A DNA stretch of 63,127 bases, the filler included, from Choristocarpus tenellus KU-1152 (taxonomy: Eukaryota > Protista > Phaeophyceae): assembly GCA_964200185.2 (NCBI GenBank). It is 10 parts of 10 records of this genome, joined end to end, with 100 filler letters (N's around TTAATTAATTAA, not from the genome) between each part and the next. Parts side by side here need not be neighbours in the genome. Positions count along the whole stretch, not along the records: positions 55,763 to 63,127 come from CAXNAD020006262.1; 9 more parts are not named here. One strand, 5' to 3'. Shown piece after piece: positions 61,965 to 63,127 of the stretch. A program made the position numbers and the translations under genes. The notes below the pieces were generated by a model. That model did no database searches and was not told where the DNA came from. It saw only the letters and a program-made list of their open reading frames with translations. How positions within the stretch are numbered: position 1 is the first letter of the stretch; the number at the start of each line of letters is the position of its first letter.

Positions 61965-63050
61965 TGACTCAAGCTTATTGTAGGTGATAATACATCAACT
62001 ATGGTTACTTTTTCCTTCTTTTGTTTTCTTTGTTTTCTTTGTCTTCTTTCTTTCAATCCCTTTTTTTTTAAAGTCTTCGTTGCCTTTCTCAAGCAGAGCG
62101 TGATACCTTCTTTAGTCTATCTTTTCGACCACAGTCTGGATCTCTCAGGCGAATGTGCTGAATGTAATTAACAGCAATAAGAATAGTAGTTATGATAAGT
62201 GCAGTGTGTATTGCCTGTGATAATGGGTCGGGATGATGATCCCCCATATTGTGAAGACAATATTGATTACAACAACACTAACAGTACCAGTGGAAGAATA
62301 CTCGAAATGTTTAACATTAAAAGTTCACTGAGTTGTTTTGGGTTATCGAGGAGGGACGATCCCTGAACTTGTTGCTTAAGATAAAAAACAAAGGTAGAGT
62401 TGGGCAGCCTTCAAATGCAAGTGACTGTATAAATAGCTGGATACAAAAAAAACTAAACTAGATATCCTCTATTTCCAAGATGACGCTTTAATCCTCTCAT
62501 AATACACTGGAGTTAGATCATTACCAATGGGTTGGTTTGTCCTTGTCATCCAAGCAATGTGTATGGGGTGAGGGGTAGAGGTAGGATATGATTCCGTGAT
62601 AGGCAATTATAAATATTCATTGAATGGAGATTGGTTTGAACAAACCTCCACGTTGGACTATGACATCGAATAGAATGGTTTAAAGGGCTGCTGAAGGTTT
62701 GATTAGCGAGAGAAATTATGGTTGAATCATATGGTGACGTTGTGACGTGTGATATCGAATATGTAAATTCAACTTTTATAAATGTATATTGTTGAAGCAA
62801 TGTCGATGATGAAGTGGACGATGTGTTGTAGTCCGTAGAGGGCACACATTGATTCCAGTGATGAGCAGTGAATGACAGTCTCGAAATACAACAAAAGATA
62901 CACGAATCATTTGTTCAACTGATATGCAAGCCAGGGGAGACCTTGATCTTGTGTTGTATTAGTCAAGGGTTGGGGAGGGAGTCAAACCAACTGAGAGGTA
63001 GGCAGGGTTTCATTTCAAGGATCCCAAGAAAGGGAAAAAATGTGCCAATT

Positions 63051-63127
63051 GGGTCAAAGTATCTGGGGGGGGGGGGGGGGGGGGGGGGGCGGTTTTTCCC
63101 CCTTTTTTGTTTTTTTTTTTTTGGTGG
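63051..63127 (+). mobile_element. MITE family B end at window end
   Basis: gggtcaaagtatct followed by a long G run. Confidence 0.8.

Overview
Intron-rich eukaryotic DNA, most likely a photosynthetic stramenopile of brown-alga type (inferred from an ISIP2/FEA-family iron gene, frequent GT-AG introns and brown-algal-type retroelement remnants). The window is not one continuous locus: ten contigs are joined by nine identical 100-bp artificial spacers (N-run, TTAATTAATTAA, N-run), so adjacency across spacers carries no biological meaning. Genes rebuilt by eye from splice sites are BLOC-1 subunit 1, syntaxin-18 (3' end lost), a WW-like protein, a Cys-rich type I membrane protein, a membrane-anchored ISIP2a/FEA1-type protein (5' end lost), an ankyrin-repeat protein and several unknown proteins. 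About 20 loci belong to related MITE families sharing the TIR core AAAGTATCT. Other mobile remnants include a spliced Sola-like transposase pseudogene, a mariner pseudogene, a CRE-type LINE, Gypsy fragments and Ulp1-like repeats. The best leads are a ~145-bp-arm intronic fold-back (candidate miRNA/hpRNA locus), the MITE/Sola-like transposon system, and a tandem copy of the TM+tail segment directly after the stop codon of the iron gene. I could not demonstrate a wholly new biological system. All family calls come from motif recognition by eye, not database searches.
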